DNA of 64,000 bases from Andalucia godoyi And28 (Eukaryota; Protista; Jakobida): assembly GCA_009859145.1 (NCBI GenBank), contig VRVR01000009.1, positions 355,468 to 419,467 of the forward strand, in the 5' to 3' direction. The notes under the pieces are model-generated. The model was not told the DNA's origin, did not search any database, and saw only the letters and a list, made by a program, of their open reading frames with translations. The position numbers were made by a program, and so were the translations under genes. Of the stretch, positions 20,570 through 30,253 are shown piece after piece; within the stretch, counting starts at the first letter, position 1; every line of letters starts with the position of its first letter.

Positions 20570-22179
20570 ATGGATCAGAGTCTTCTTGCGTCAAATTCAA
20601 GCCAGGATTCCAGCCGTTCCAAGTCCACTCGTCGTCGTTTCTTTCTTGGACTGCTCTTGTTTGTTGTGGTGGTTGCGGGAGTTCTGGCGATCGTTCTTGG
20701 TGTTGTGTTGTCCTCAAGGCGATCCAGCTCGGAATCATCGAACGCTACTCCTTCTGGATTCTTTCTTCAGCTCTCTGATCTTCATATTGACCCATTGTAC
20801 GATCCTCGCTGTGATGCAACGACAAGGTGCCGACGAACAGCCGTATCTGCGAACTGCGGACCGAGTGTCCCATATGCTCCTTATGGACGATTTGGCTGCG
20901 ATTCACCCTTGTTTTTATTAGCTGAGGCACTCGCACAAGCGAAGCTGGTCCTCCCGAACCCAAGTTTTATTCTGCTGTATGTTTCCCCCCTGATGCTCTC
21001 TCTCTCTCTCTCTCTCTCTTCAAACGATCTTTTTGAAGTGCTCGCTAACTAAAAGAGTCGCCAATTGAATTACGTAGTACTGGGGATTTCGGGGCACACG
21101 GTCTTCCCAATGCATCGATCACTCTCCAGGCCATTCGTATGACGGCAGCGTTGATTGTGTCGTATTTTCCAACCACTCCCGTGTTTCCTGTTCTTGGAAA
21201 CAACGATGTCGTTCCAGATTACTGCCTTTCATGCGGTCCAAATCCATGGCTTGCAGACTTGTGGTCTGTCTTCAGCCAGTGGCTTCCTGACAGTGCAAAA
21301 ACAGCATTTCTGGCAGGCGGTTACTACAGCGCCATCGCGCCTTCCGGAATGCGTGTCATCGGCTTGAATACGTTGTATTTTTCAAAGTTCCAACGCTCAT
21401 CTGGATGCGACGAGGACGCAGATTTTGCCCGGATATCGAATGAACGTACGACTCGACGATCCATTGCGGAGAAACTGTTGGACGCGCAACATAGAGAGTG
21501 GGCTCTCGGCAACGCAGAGGTACCGTGTGGACAAGATGCTTTTTTGACTGCTGAATTGCAAGCAGCGGAAAGTTCGGGTCAGCGAGTTCTGATATCCGGA
21601 CACATTCCTCCCGGAGTTGAAGCATTCGACAACGATTTCATGTGGAACGCTTCGCATGTTGCCTTTTTTGCGAGTACCATAGCATCGCCGATGTCGCAGT
21701 CGACGATCGCGTCCCAGCATTTTGCACACTATCACCGCGACGATTTTCGCTTGTTTTACAATGTCACTGCACCAAGTGAATCAACCGGTCCATATGGATC
21801 CGCACTTCTGGCGCCATCGTTGTCGCCCATATACCAGAACAATCCCACGTTTCGTGTGTTTGAATTTGACACGAATTCTGCGCAGCTGCTGAACGTAGAG
21901 AGCCACTACATGTTGCTCGAGGCGTCTAACGCTGCGGCAGCTCCTTTCTGGTCGAAGCTGTACGACGCACGGTCCGCATACGGCTTGTCGGATTTGAGTA
22001 CAAGGTCTCTAGTGAGTTTGCGAGACCAGCTGCGAACGAATTTGGGTACAGCAATGCAGTGGGCTGATCGTCGCCAGTCCAATTATTTGCCCGATCGTCA
22101 TGCTTTGATTTGCGCAATTGACACTTTATCCGAAAGCGTCTACACTGCATGTTTGAGAAATGCAACGACGTTTTTATGA
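20570..22179 (+). CDS. Type II membrane calcineurin-like metallophosphoesterase (acid sphingomyelinase/SMPDL3/Ppn1 family), two exons 20570-20976 and 21078-22179
   Basis: N-terminal TM anchor, then SDLHIDP, spliced FILL/TGDFGAH, LGNNDV, GHIPPG, FAHYHRDDF and PSLSP...NNPTFR. Confidence 0.9.
20977..21077 (+). other. Spliceosomal intron (101 nt) containing a (TC)n tract
   Basis: GTATGT donor, CTAAC branch-like motif, TAG acceptor. Removing it joins two ORFs and restores the TGD motif. Confidence 0.9.
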
Positions 22180-22621
22180 TGTGTTCGAGTCCCCAGCACA
22201 GTGTCGGAAGTGCTGAGGACGAGCGATTGAACCATGTTGTCCATGGATTCTTTTGGGCGTGTTTCCGTATTTTGTTAGGTTGTTTATTTTGTTTTGAGAA
22301 GTAAAATTGCCAATGACGAGTCTTCTTTGATCAAAAACGCGAACTGCAAGTCTGCGCATGAAAGGAAACATCCCGCCGGCGAGCGTGCTGCGGAAAGGAA
22401 AGATCCTTGTCGAATGTCGACGTGGACCGCTACGGATCGTCGGGTGTAAGCAAAGCCAGGTTCTCCGCAAGTCGGACAGTCTTCCGGTAGCCATCAGCGC
22501 TTTGTCCCGTTTTTTGCTGGGAGACCCATCTTCGTTTTTCTTCTGTCCATATAACCTCCCCTTTTATTCGTTCGCGTCGCCTTTTCCTACCAAAAAAGAA
22601 TAATAATAAAAAAATAAAAAA

Positions 22622-25069
22622 ATGAGCGCTGTCGCGTCTGTTGATCCATTTCTGATATGTGCCCCTCATGAACCTGAGTCTCGTGGACTTTCGCTTCAAC
22701 AAGGCGTTTCGTCCAGAGTATACTTTGCTGTACTGCGAGGCATGTCCGTTGCAGTTAAACTTTTCTTACCGCGGAATGGAGGACTGGACAACCGAGAGCT
22801 TGGCTTTTTCCGAAAGGAAATGCATGTCTTGCTCTCTTGTCGCCATCCGCATATCGTGTCTATTGTAGGTGTCTCGGATCCTATGCTGAACAGTAACCAG
22901 TACGGCTCGGCATCGAACGAAAAAGACCGCGTGGTTTGGTATGCGATGGAAGCGTTGGACTGCAGTCTTGGTTCGTTTTTACGAGATTACATTGGCGACT
23001 CGAAAAGTCGAACGCGTGCGGCGTCTGTGGAATTTGCGTACACTGTGACGAAGACGGCAGCAGCCCATGTGATTTCCGGGATTCGTTATTTGCACGGAAA
23101 GGGAATAAGCCATGGAGACGTGCAAGTGACGAATGTTTTGGTGTCGGTTGGAAACGCTCATTTTGCAGCCAGGCATGGTGCCGTACTTCCGATTGGGAAT
23201 GCTGGCCATGGTCTCGTTTTCAAACTGTGTGATGTGAGCTATGTGGACGGAGAGGATCAATGTGAACGTGACCTGAAAGGATATTCGAAAATTCTCTCTT
23301 CGATGCTTCTGCTTACTCCGAATCGCAGCTTGATTTGGTTGGAGCAGATCGCCGATCTTTTTGGTCGGCCTGTGAGTCCGATGACGGTTGTCTATTGCGA
23401 CTGGCTGATTCAGTGTGAAGCGCCAATGAAGTGCCTCTTGTCCAAGGATTTGATCTCGCCGTGCTACTCGTGTGGTGCTTTTCAGGTGCCTGCGCTTCTT
23501 GCAGAGAGGTTTTCTTACTTGGACGACGGTGGTCGCGTTCGTCCAGTGAACGAGTATGTCGATCTGCAATGGGCAATCCCCCCTCGTCAATTTTCATCCT
23601 GGAGGTCAGAGTTTCAAGAGTGTCTTGGTCCATTGGTGGAGAAGGAGTTGCTTGCTGTTGTTGCAAGTCGCCCAGACGATAAGGAGGTTCCGTTGGACAG
23701 GTCTTTTCAGGTCCAGGAAAGTGTGGAGCACCTGTGGCATGTTCTTCCGAGCCCGGTCTTTGCGGAGGAATACAAGTCACGTGTGGAGTACTGGGTTGAG
23801 AAAACCGACCCGTCTGTCAAACCGCAAGTATACTTCAACGAGTTTACGCTGGCTTTGAAAGGGTATTCGAAGCAGCGATCTGCGGAAGGACAGTATTGCA
23901 AGACGACGTTGCTCATGGGTGCCAATACATATGTGCATCAAAAATCTGTGTCCGACCTTTGGAAAATCAATGGCTACAAAACGGTGTTGGTAGGGAAAGA
24001 TGAATATACGGACATTCGTCAGGTGCATCCTAGATGGAGTACGTCTTTTGGAATCCAAATCGCAATCATCAGTTCAGACGGCTACTACCTGCTTCGTCGG
24101 CGTGGCCACCTGAGTCAAGTAAGTACGTCTCCTCGCGTCTGGACCTGCCCGGTTGTGGAAGGCTTCAATCTCAAAGATATTGGGAGAGAATCCAAGATGA
24201 CGCTCTTGGACGTTTGTAGACGTGCATTGAAAGAAGAGGCGAATATACTCGATCTGCCTGACAGCATGTTTCCTCTGTTTTATGTTGGCGGTCTGTTTTT
24301 GAAACTCGATACGGGGGAATGGGGATGCTACGGAGTTCTGGATTTGAGAAAACTCGGTCCACAGTGTTTAGAATGGAATGCAAGTTCCTTGGCCGCGAAA
24401 TTCTGTTACGCACAAGATGCATCGGAATTTGGCGTAGACTGCCATCGGATACCAGTGTCGCAGGATGAACTGGCAAGATATCTCGTTCAGAATGAGGCGT
24501 CACTGGCCTCGTCGACCTTGCTGACGACCTTAGAGTTCTTGATCGCCGAATTTGGAGAGACCTCCATGAATTCTGTTTTCCAGCGGGAACATAGTGCGAA
24601 CCGTAATCGCTTGGAAGAGTCATTGAACGAAGGACGCTACGCTGAAGGTCCGGCAATGCAACGGAATGCAACTGTTACCGTCGAGCGCTGTGTTAGTTCA
24701 CTGCAAGAGGGTCCGCAGTTCTCGGCTTCGACCAGTCGCTTGGAATTGATTTTGCGCAGGACCGAGGCTGTTGTCCTCAGTGGCGCTGCTCGCATTTCCA
24801 ATCTCTTCTACGACCCGTCCGAGTCGTCGTTCCGACAAATTCTTTCTTTTTGGCTGTTCGTTGAGACTTCATTTGGTTCAGAACTTGCATCGTTGTGGAC
24901 TGCGCGGAGAGCGAGCGCAAGTCTTCCACAAGATCCTGACATTTTGTCTTGCTTCTTCTACTGTGCTTCTGCTCCAGCCACTCGTGCGTTCTACAACGAA
25001 TGGGTGTCTAGAACATTCGACCATATGAAAGAGCCGCAGTCTCTCGCGGGTGCTCCGAGTCTCTCATGA
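22622..25069 (+). CDS. Protein-kinase-like domain fused to a Nudix-like domain
   Basis: VAVK, EMHVL..CRHPHIV, HGDVQVTNV and KLCDVS (degenerate DFG). C-terminally, YYLLRRRG...WTCPVVEGFN...RRALKEEANI resembles a Nudix box. Confidence 0.75.
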   Translation: MSAVASVDPFLICAPHEPESRGLSLQQGVSSRVYFAVLRGMSVAVKLFLPRNGGLDNRELGFFRKEMHVLLSCRHPHIVSIVGVSDPMLNSNQYGSASNEKDRVVWYAMEALDCSLGSFLRDYIGDSKSRTRAASVEFAYTVTKTAAAHVISGIRYLHGKGISHGDVQVTNVLVSVGNAHFAARHGAVLPIGNAGHGLVFKLCDVSYVDGEDQCERDLKGYSKILSSMLLLTPNRSLIWLEQIADLFGRPVSPMTVVYCDWLIQCEAPMKCLLSKDLISPCYSCGAFQVPALLAERFSYLDDGGRVRPVNEYVDLQWAIPPRQFSSWRSEFQECLGPLVEKELLAVVASRPDDKEVPLDRSFQVQESVEHLWHVLPSPVFAEEYKSRVEYWVEKTDPSVKPQVYFNEFTLALKGYSKQRSAEGQYCKTTLLMGANTYVHQKSVSDLWKINGYKTVLVGKDEYTDIRQVHPRWSTSFGIQIAIISSDGYYLLRRRGHLSQVSTSPRVWTCPVVEGFNLKDIGRESKMTLLDVCRRALKEEANILDLPDSMFPLFYVGGLFLKLDTGEWGCYGVLDLRKLGPQCLEWNASSLAAKFCYAQDASEFGVDCHRIPVSQDELARYLVQNEASLASSTLLTTLEFLIAEFGETSMNSVFQREHSANRNRLEESLNEGRYAEGPAMQRNATVTVERCVSSLQEGPQFSASTSRLELILRRTEAVVLSGAARISNLFYDPSESSFRQILSFWLFVETSFGSELASLWTARRASASLPQDPDILSCFFYCASAPATRAFYNEWVSRTFDHMKEPQSLAGAPSLS

Positions 25070-25470
25070 CAGCCTTGCTGCTACCAACGGAGCGAGACTC
25101 CATTTCACAAACCGACTTGCTTCAACGAGTTTTGAAAGGGCTGCGTCTTCTGGATCCTCCGTTCAGTGTTCGATGGAGACTTGCAGAGGCGTTTTCTTAT
25201 CTTTCGAACGGAATTTTGCAGCCAGTGGACATACTGTTGTTTGTCTCCAATGACCGCCTTTCGTCTGGTACCCAATTTCCGTTCACCAACGTGCCCGCGC
25301 TTGTTTCGGCATGTGCAAAGGCTGTTGGATGCTTGTCAATTGCACTCTGCAATGCTTCTGAAGAACAGTCTGCGTCGTTCGAGCTGGTCTTGCAAGCCAA
25401 CTCCGGTCCGAAAACGTTCCGTTTGGAAGTGGAGAAACATACAGAAGCTGTACACCTTTATTGCCGGTAG
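25066..25470 (+). CDS. Hypothetical 134-aa protein overlapping the upstream stop (ATGA)
   Basis: ATG 25066-25068 overlaps TGA 25067-25069. Composition is globular and no motif was recognised. Confidence 0.45.
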   Translation: MTALLLPTERDSISQTDLLQRVLKGLRLLDPPFSVRWRLAEAFSYLSNGILQPVDILLFVSNDRLSSGTQFPFTNVPALVSACAKAVGCLSIALCNASEEQSASFELVLQANSGPKTFRLEVEKHTEAVHLYCR

Positions 25471-25512
25471 CAAAGAGCCGGGATGGCGAGCTCGTGACGT
25501 GTCTTCTGATGA

Positions 25513-26415
25513 TTAGACATCCCATGCAACATCGCTGCCAGTGCAGTGAATCCAGCCGTCGTTGCTCATATGGTCTTGGAGATAACGAACACACGCTTCA
25601 TCGTTGGCAAAACGAACCTTTGAAATGCCCTTGGAAGCTCCGCGGGAGCATCGTGTCCCCAGGAGCCACAGTAAGTCTGCATGGACGACAACAACGGCCC
25701 TCATGTCTTCTGAATTTCGAACTGCGAACACGTGCCTCCCTTTTTGTTCTTCCCATAATTTCAGCCATTCTTTCAGTCGACTGAGCTCATCCAAGTCGGA
25801 GGAGTTGCAAAGATCCATCTGATCCAATAAAAACTTCATGTCATTCTGCTGTCGTGCGTCCAGGAGCGGAGCCGTCCATAAGCTCGTCATACGACAGCTT
25901 CGCACTCGAGCGGCGGCTATTCTCAAAAAATTCCCTGTGAATTCCTCCAAATCAACCATGTCATCAACTGCCCACTCAACATAAGGAGGCGAATCCTCCG
26001 CTGTCTGAGGAATTGCATAAGACATCCCGTCACCCGAGACTGGTGGTGGCTGGACAGTGGACGATTCCGGAGTCGTTGAGTAGGATGTTGCTGAGGATTC
26101 ATCTGAGGATCCCTCTGAGGATGTTACTGACCGTGCTGTTGACCGTGGTGCATGCCGAGTGTATCCTCGAACAGTCGGCTTCACGTATGTATGCCACTTC
26201 ACCATGATGCCCATGTGATGGCGAAATGAAAACCTTTTCGAATTTGAAGTTCGTTTATCTGGGATTCCTTTTTTCAAAATGCCCGACAGGAAACAAATCT
26301 CCTGGGAACGTTGGCTGGGGAATTCAGATTTGTCGACTTCAATTGCTTCGACAGCAGACTGTGCGCAATGGTCCGAGCACTCGCCAGCCGCCACGCCTCT
26401 CAAACTCGATTTCAT
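25513..26415 (-). CDS. Hypothetical protein, WxHxTGS family member 1
   Basis: 300-aa ORF with a Ser/Thr-rich middle. The C-terminus VHADLLWLL...YLQDHMSNDGWIHCTGS matches two other ORFs in the window. Confidence 0.7.
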   Translation of the reverse strand: MKSSLRGVAAGECSDHCAQSAVEAIEVDKSEFPSQRSQEICFLSGILKKGIPDKRTSNSKRFSFRHHMGIMVKWHTYVKPTVRGYTRHAPRSTARSVTSSEGSSDESSATSYSTTPESSTVQPPPVSGDGMSYAIPQTAEDSPPYVEWAVDDMVDLEEFTGNFLRIAAARVRSCRMTSLWTAPLLDARQQNDMKFLLDQMDLCNSSDLDELSRLKEWLKLWEEQKGRHVFAVRNSEDMRAVVVVHADLLWLLGTRCSRGASKGISKVRFANDEACVRYLQDHMSNDGWIHCTGSDVAWDV

Positions 26416-26514
26416 TTTGGTCCGGTGGCAAAAATCCTTTATACTTTACTTTCACCACGAAATTCTTGAAATTCTAGACGATTCTCTGTCCGCCTACAAT
26501 CCCCCTCGCGTTTC

Positions 26515-27192
26515 ATGGAGCCGTTTGGGCAGCGGTACGTCGCTTTTCGCCGCAGGTACGAAGAGCCCGATCGTCTAGGAATTGAGCACGCTGTAACACG
26601 CCAATTCAATTCAGAGGAAATAAATCCCCGGCAAATCTTGCTCTTGGGAAAAGCATCGGAAACCTTTGATTCGTTTCCTTATGGTTGCCAGCTGTTGGCG
26701 CAAGATCCATCAATCAGTTGTCATTTGACGGAAGTGCTGGAAGAGCACGATCACTCTCCGCGTTTGATGTTGACAATGATGGGGTGGCAGAACGAACAAG
26801 AAGGACGCGTTTTGCTTCGCCGTGTTCCTTTGCGGAGTGCGCTGACCTGCATGTGGAGGGATTCAGATGCCACGCAACATGTGGTGTGCGTGCCGTCATT
26901 GCCAGAGGCCTTAGCACAGGACGGATTTTTGGCTAGAGAACTTTTTTTCGAAGGCCACATGGGAATTCCTGGCCATCACGATTTTTGGAAGCAGTCGGTC
27001 TATCTTTCTGGCCATTACGTCATCGACTTGCTCGTCGAAGTTGCGGAACTGCGAATTTTTGGCCCTGACGCTGCTGCAAACGAAAGTCGCGCAGTACTGA
27101 CCGATCGGCGCCGCATTCTGCGACAAATCATCAGTGTTTCAGTAGAAGATGCACAGCAGAACGCACAAACCGGGATGCAGCTTTTCGCGTGA
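26515..27192 (+). CDS. Hypothetical protein
   Basis: 225-aa ATG-initiated ORF, divergent from the 26415 gene across about 100 bp. Confidence 0.6.
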   Translation: MEPFGQRYVAFRRRYEEPDRLGIEHAVTRQFNSEEINPRQILLLGKASETFDSFPYGCQLLAQDPSISCHLTEVLEEHDHSPRLMLTMMGWQNEQEGRVLLRRVPLRSALTCMWRDSDATQHVVCVPSLPEALAQDGFLARELFFEGHMGIPGHHDFWKQSVYLSGHYVIDLLVEVAELRIFGPDAAANESRAVLTDRRRILRQIISVSVEDAQQNAQTGMQLFA

Positions 27193-27198
27193 TCCCAG

Positions 27199-27234
27199 GT
27201 GTGTGCGTGCGCGTGTGTGCGTGCGTGCGTGCGT
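27199..27234. repeat. Alternating purine-pyrimidine (GT/GC) tract, 36 nt
   Basis: gtgtgtgcgtgcgcgtgtgtgcgtgcgtgcgtgcgt read directly. Confidence 0.9.
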
Positions 27235-27522
27235 TTCTCCCTCATTCGATAAATGAGTGTACGCTGCAGCCTACAGGCCTACTGAGAACGGCGATCCGCG
27301 AGAAACAGCTTCGTAGTTTACATGCGTTTCTCAATAAAGGCCGAATATTTCCTTTTTAGGAAATTGTTTTTCAAAGCTGTCTGTTACAGAGGGACCGAAA
27401 GTGCCCGATCATGTGTCTTCGGTCTTCCATTCCGCCATTGCGTTTCTGTTTGTCCGTCTTTTTTTTGTTGATGTGATGACGCGACTCCTTTCTGCTGCTT
27501 AAGATTCTTGACAAAGCTGCGA

Positions 27523-29856
27523 ATGACGACAATCCGAGATATGCAAACTCTTATTCGTTCTGTGCAACGTTTTATGGCTTCCGAAGAACCGGGAGACCAG
27601 GCACGACAGAATGAGCTCCAGTGTATTCTGTGCGCAAACGTAGTCGACATGCAAGGAGTCATGTCCTCAGAAATGTCGCAAATCGTTTCCATGGAGTTCT
27701 TCCCTGTGCTGTGCAAAAGCATTGGTGCTCACCTGACGGGATTTTTGGAAAATCCAGACGGCGTATGGACCGCCAACTGGCGCGCCGTACGGCAACAACT
27801 GTCAACCGCCGTTTTGATTCTTTCCCGATTTCCGGAGATTGTCCTGAGTCTTACAGTCGGGAAAACCACATTCGAAAGGGTCGTGGACGTCCTGATCGCC
27901 GTCGTCAACCCATCCACTGAGTCTACAAGATTCACTCCTCGGACAGCGAAGCGTTTTCTGGAATTTGCATTGCCAGAGCTGATATCATGGATTGAACACA
28001 TCACAGAAGCAGATCCCCGTCTTGTGGAACTTCTCTGTGCATCCAAGCTGGACGGCTTGGTCGATGCTGTTATTCGGCTATGCGAGATCCACCCGCTTTC
28101 TGGGCATCCGTCCTTCGAGCATCTTCACCAGTCTAACGCAGATCGCTTGGTAGATGTACAGTGTCGCTTGCTTCTTTGCATCCGCAAGTGGGTCAGGAGT
28201 TTTGAAGATCCTTGCAAGCACTTGTTTCCCGGATTGGTCCGTGTCCTTTCTTCCTGTCAGCGTGGCGATTCAATGCTGCAAAATTTGTCTTCCATGATTC
28301 CTCAGAGTCCAATCGGTCTTGCCATACAGTATTTTCCACGAAACGTGACACACGTAATTGACTGCACAATCGGTTTCCTGGACGCGCTCCTGCCAGCGGC
28401 AACTCAGCACGCTCCCAAGGGATGCCTATTCAAAATTCAGTCGTTGGAGCAGTTCATGACAAACATCAAACATTCCCGCAGCCACACTGCCCATTCAAGA
28501 ATTCTCATGCAATCGTGTGAGCCTCTTCTCGCATTCGCGGTGCTGGCTCGACAGACTGTTTCCAAGACTGCAGAGGAAGCAGCGAATCATCTTCTTTCCG
28601 TTGCATGTGATGCAAACCGTATTATAGACGGTCATCACCAGAGTGCAGTGTCGGCATCGCTGACTGCGGCCATCGACAGCCTGAACAGCGTCAAGGCTCT
28701 CGTGCATTCCGAAACCTTTTTTGAGCACTTTTCGACGCTTCTTGAGTTCACCGAGTGTCCATCTGCCATTTCCACGGATCCACAACAGCTGGACAAAGAG
28801 AAGAATGATAAGAATACCAATGACATTGATGATGATAACGGCAAGAGTAATGAAGAAGAAGAAGAAGAAATGAGTGATGAGAAGGGCGAAGCTGCGGATG
28901 CGGTGGAAGACAACCGCAACCACAACCACAACCGGTCTTCAGCGCGCATTTTCAAAGACGTGAAACAGGAATTCTTGAATTCTGTGCGAGAGATCACGGA
29001 GGATGCGCAGACGGTGAGCAGTGCTATTGAGCATTCGTTTCAGCGAATCGCAGAAATGCAGCAACAGCTCGCGAATGGCCACTCGGATGCATTTCGGGAG
29101 ATTATGGCGCACCTGCCCGAGGCCGTCCGCTCGATTGACCCCGAGGCTGTCATCCACGGCCAGTTCGACCATTTGCTCGCGAGTGTCAAGTCCGTCATTC
29201 TCGAGGAGACTCCCAAGCTGCCCGCTTGCGTGGAGAATGCAAGAGTGCTGTTTTCCACAATCTCCTCGCTGTCTGACCGATTCGCAGCAACACCGTTCTC
29301 GAACCGCCTGGCCAACGACTTGCAGGACTGGGTCATTCAGAGCGCCGAGAAGCTGGGGAGCAAGGTCGCGAGCGTCTGGCAGATGTACAAGAGTCATGCT
29401 GAAGTGTCTCGGCTCTTTGCAGAGTTTACGTCGTTCTTGAGTGCGGCAGACGGCATTACGAAGCTGCTGCAGTCACCAGGCAATGCGTGGACAGAGCTCA
29501 TCGTGTCGGTGGAATCGCTGCTCAGGGAATCGTACGAAGGGGCTGTGGCTTCTTTTTCGGGTGGGGCACTGAAACGGATTTTGCACTCGCTCAACTTTGA
29601 GATCCTGTCAGTGAAGGATCTGATGTCGACGACGCCATTCCAACAGCTGCTGTCGGATCCAGAATTCCTTCTTCGCGGCATTCTTGGAACAAACGCAATG
29701 CCTCCGCTCAACCAGTGCTTACATGGAATTATGACGTCTGTTGTGCCTCTGCTGTTTGGACCGCAAGGACTGGCCACCGTCATAGGAAGTGCGTTTGGCT
29801 TTCCGGGAGCCGGAATCCTTCTCGGCACTCTGATTAACATCGCGCTGCGTCTGTAG
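27523..29856 (+). CDS. Large alpha-helical hypothetical protein with acidic linker and C-terminal Gly-rich hydrophobic hairpin
   Basis: 777-aa ORF from ATG 27523 with linker DDDNGKSNEEEEEEMSDE. It ends VVPLLFGPQGLATVIGSAFGFPGAGILLGTLINIALRL. Confidence 0.75.
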   Translation: MTTIRDMQTLIRSVQRFMASEEPGDQARQNELQCILCANVVDMQGVMSSEMSQIVSMEFFPVLCKSIGAHLTGFLENPDGVWTANWRAVRQQLSTAVLILSRFPEIVLSLTVGKTTFERVVDVLIAVVNPSTESTRFTPRTAKRFLEFALPELISWIEHITEADPRLVELLCASKLDGLVDAVIRLCEIHPLSGHPSFEHLHQSNADRLVDVQCRLLLCIRKWVRSFEDPCKHLFPGLVRVLSSCQRGDSMLQNLSSMIPQSPIGLAIQYFPRNVTHVIDCTIGFLDALLPAATQHAPKGCLFKIQSLEQFMTNIKHSRSHTAHSRILMQSCEPLLAFAVLARQTVSKTAEEAANHLLSVACDANRIIDGHHQSAVSASLTAAIDSLNSVKALVHSETFFEHFSTLLEFTECPSAISTDPQQLDKEKNDKNTNDIDDDNGKSNEEEEEEMSDEKGEAADAVEDNRNHNHNRSSARIFKDVKQEFLNSVREITEDAQTVSSAIEHSFQRIAEMQQQLANGHSDAFREIMAHLPEAVRSIDPEAVIHGQFDHLLASVKSVILEETPKLPACVENARVLFSTISSLSDRFAATPFSNRLANDLQDWVIQSAEKLGSKVASVWQMYKSHAEVSRLFAEFTSFLSAADGITKLLQSPGNAWTELIVSVESLLRESYEGAVASFSGGALKRILHSLNFEILSVKDLMSTTPFQQLLSDPEFLLRGILGTNAMPPLNQCLHGIMTSVVPLLFGPQGLATVIGSAFGFPGAGILLGTLINIALRL

Positions 29857-30105
29857 TTCGTCATGGTGGTGTTCTTCGCGGTCCCCGTGGAGTAACGCAT
29901 ACATTTTCATAAATGAGGCGCTGTCGATGAGGTTTGTGAACCGTCTATTATTCTGTTCCCGCTCTCCTTGCATCCTCCTGTCAAGCCTGTCACACCCTGT
30001 AAACTTTGCTTTAAAAGGAAATATGCCATTCTTCAGAATTCTCCTTTTTGGGAAAAAGTACGCGCACTCGTAAAGCTCAAAAACAGAAATTCTGAACATT
30101 TTCTC

Positions 30106-30157
30106 TTCTGTTCTTTCTGTTCTTTCTGTTCTTTCTGTTCTTTCTCTCTCTTCTCTC

Positions 30158-30204
<47 letters not shown>

Positions 30205-30210
30205 AACAAA
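30106..30210. repeat. Compound simple repeat: (TTCTGTTCT)x4, TC-rich stretch, (CA)x19, CAAA repeats
   Basis: Read directly: 9-mer x4 at 30106-30141 and CA run at 30163-30200. Confidence 0.95.
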
Positions 30211-30253
30211 CATACTATCTCTTTTTCGTCCTTTAAATCAAAAGTCACTCAAA

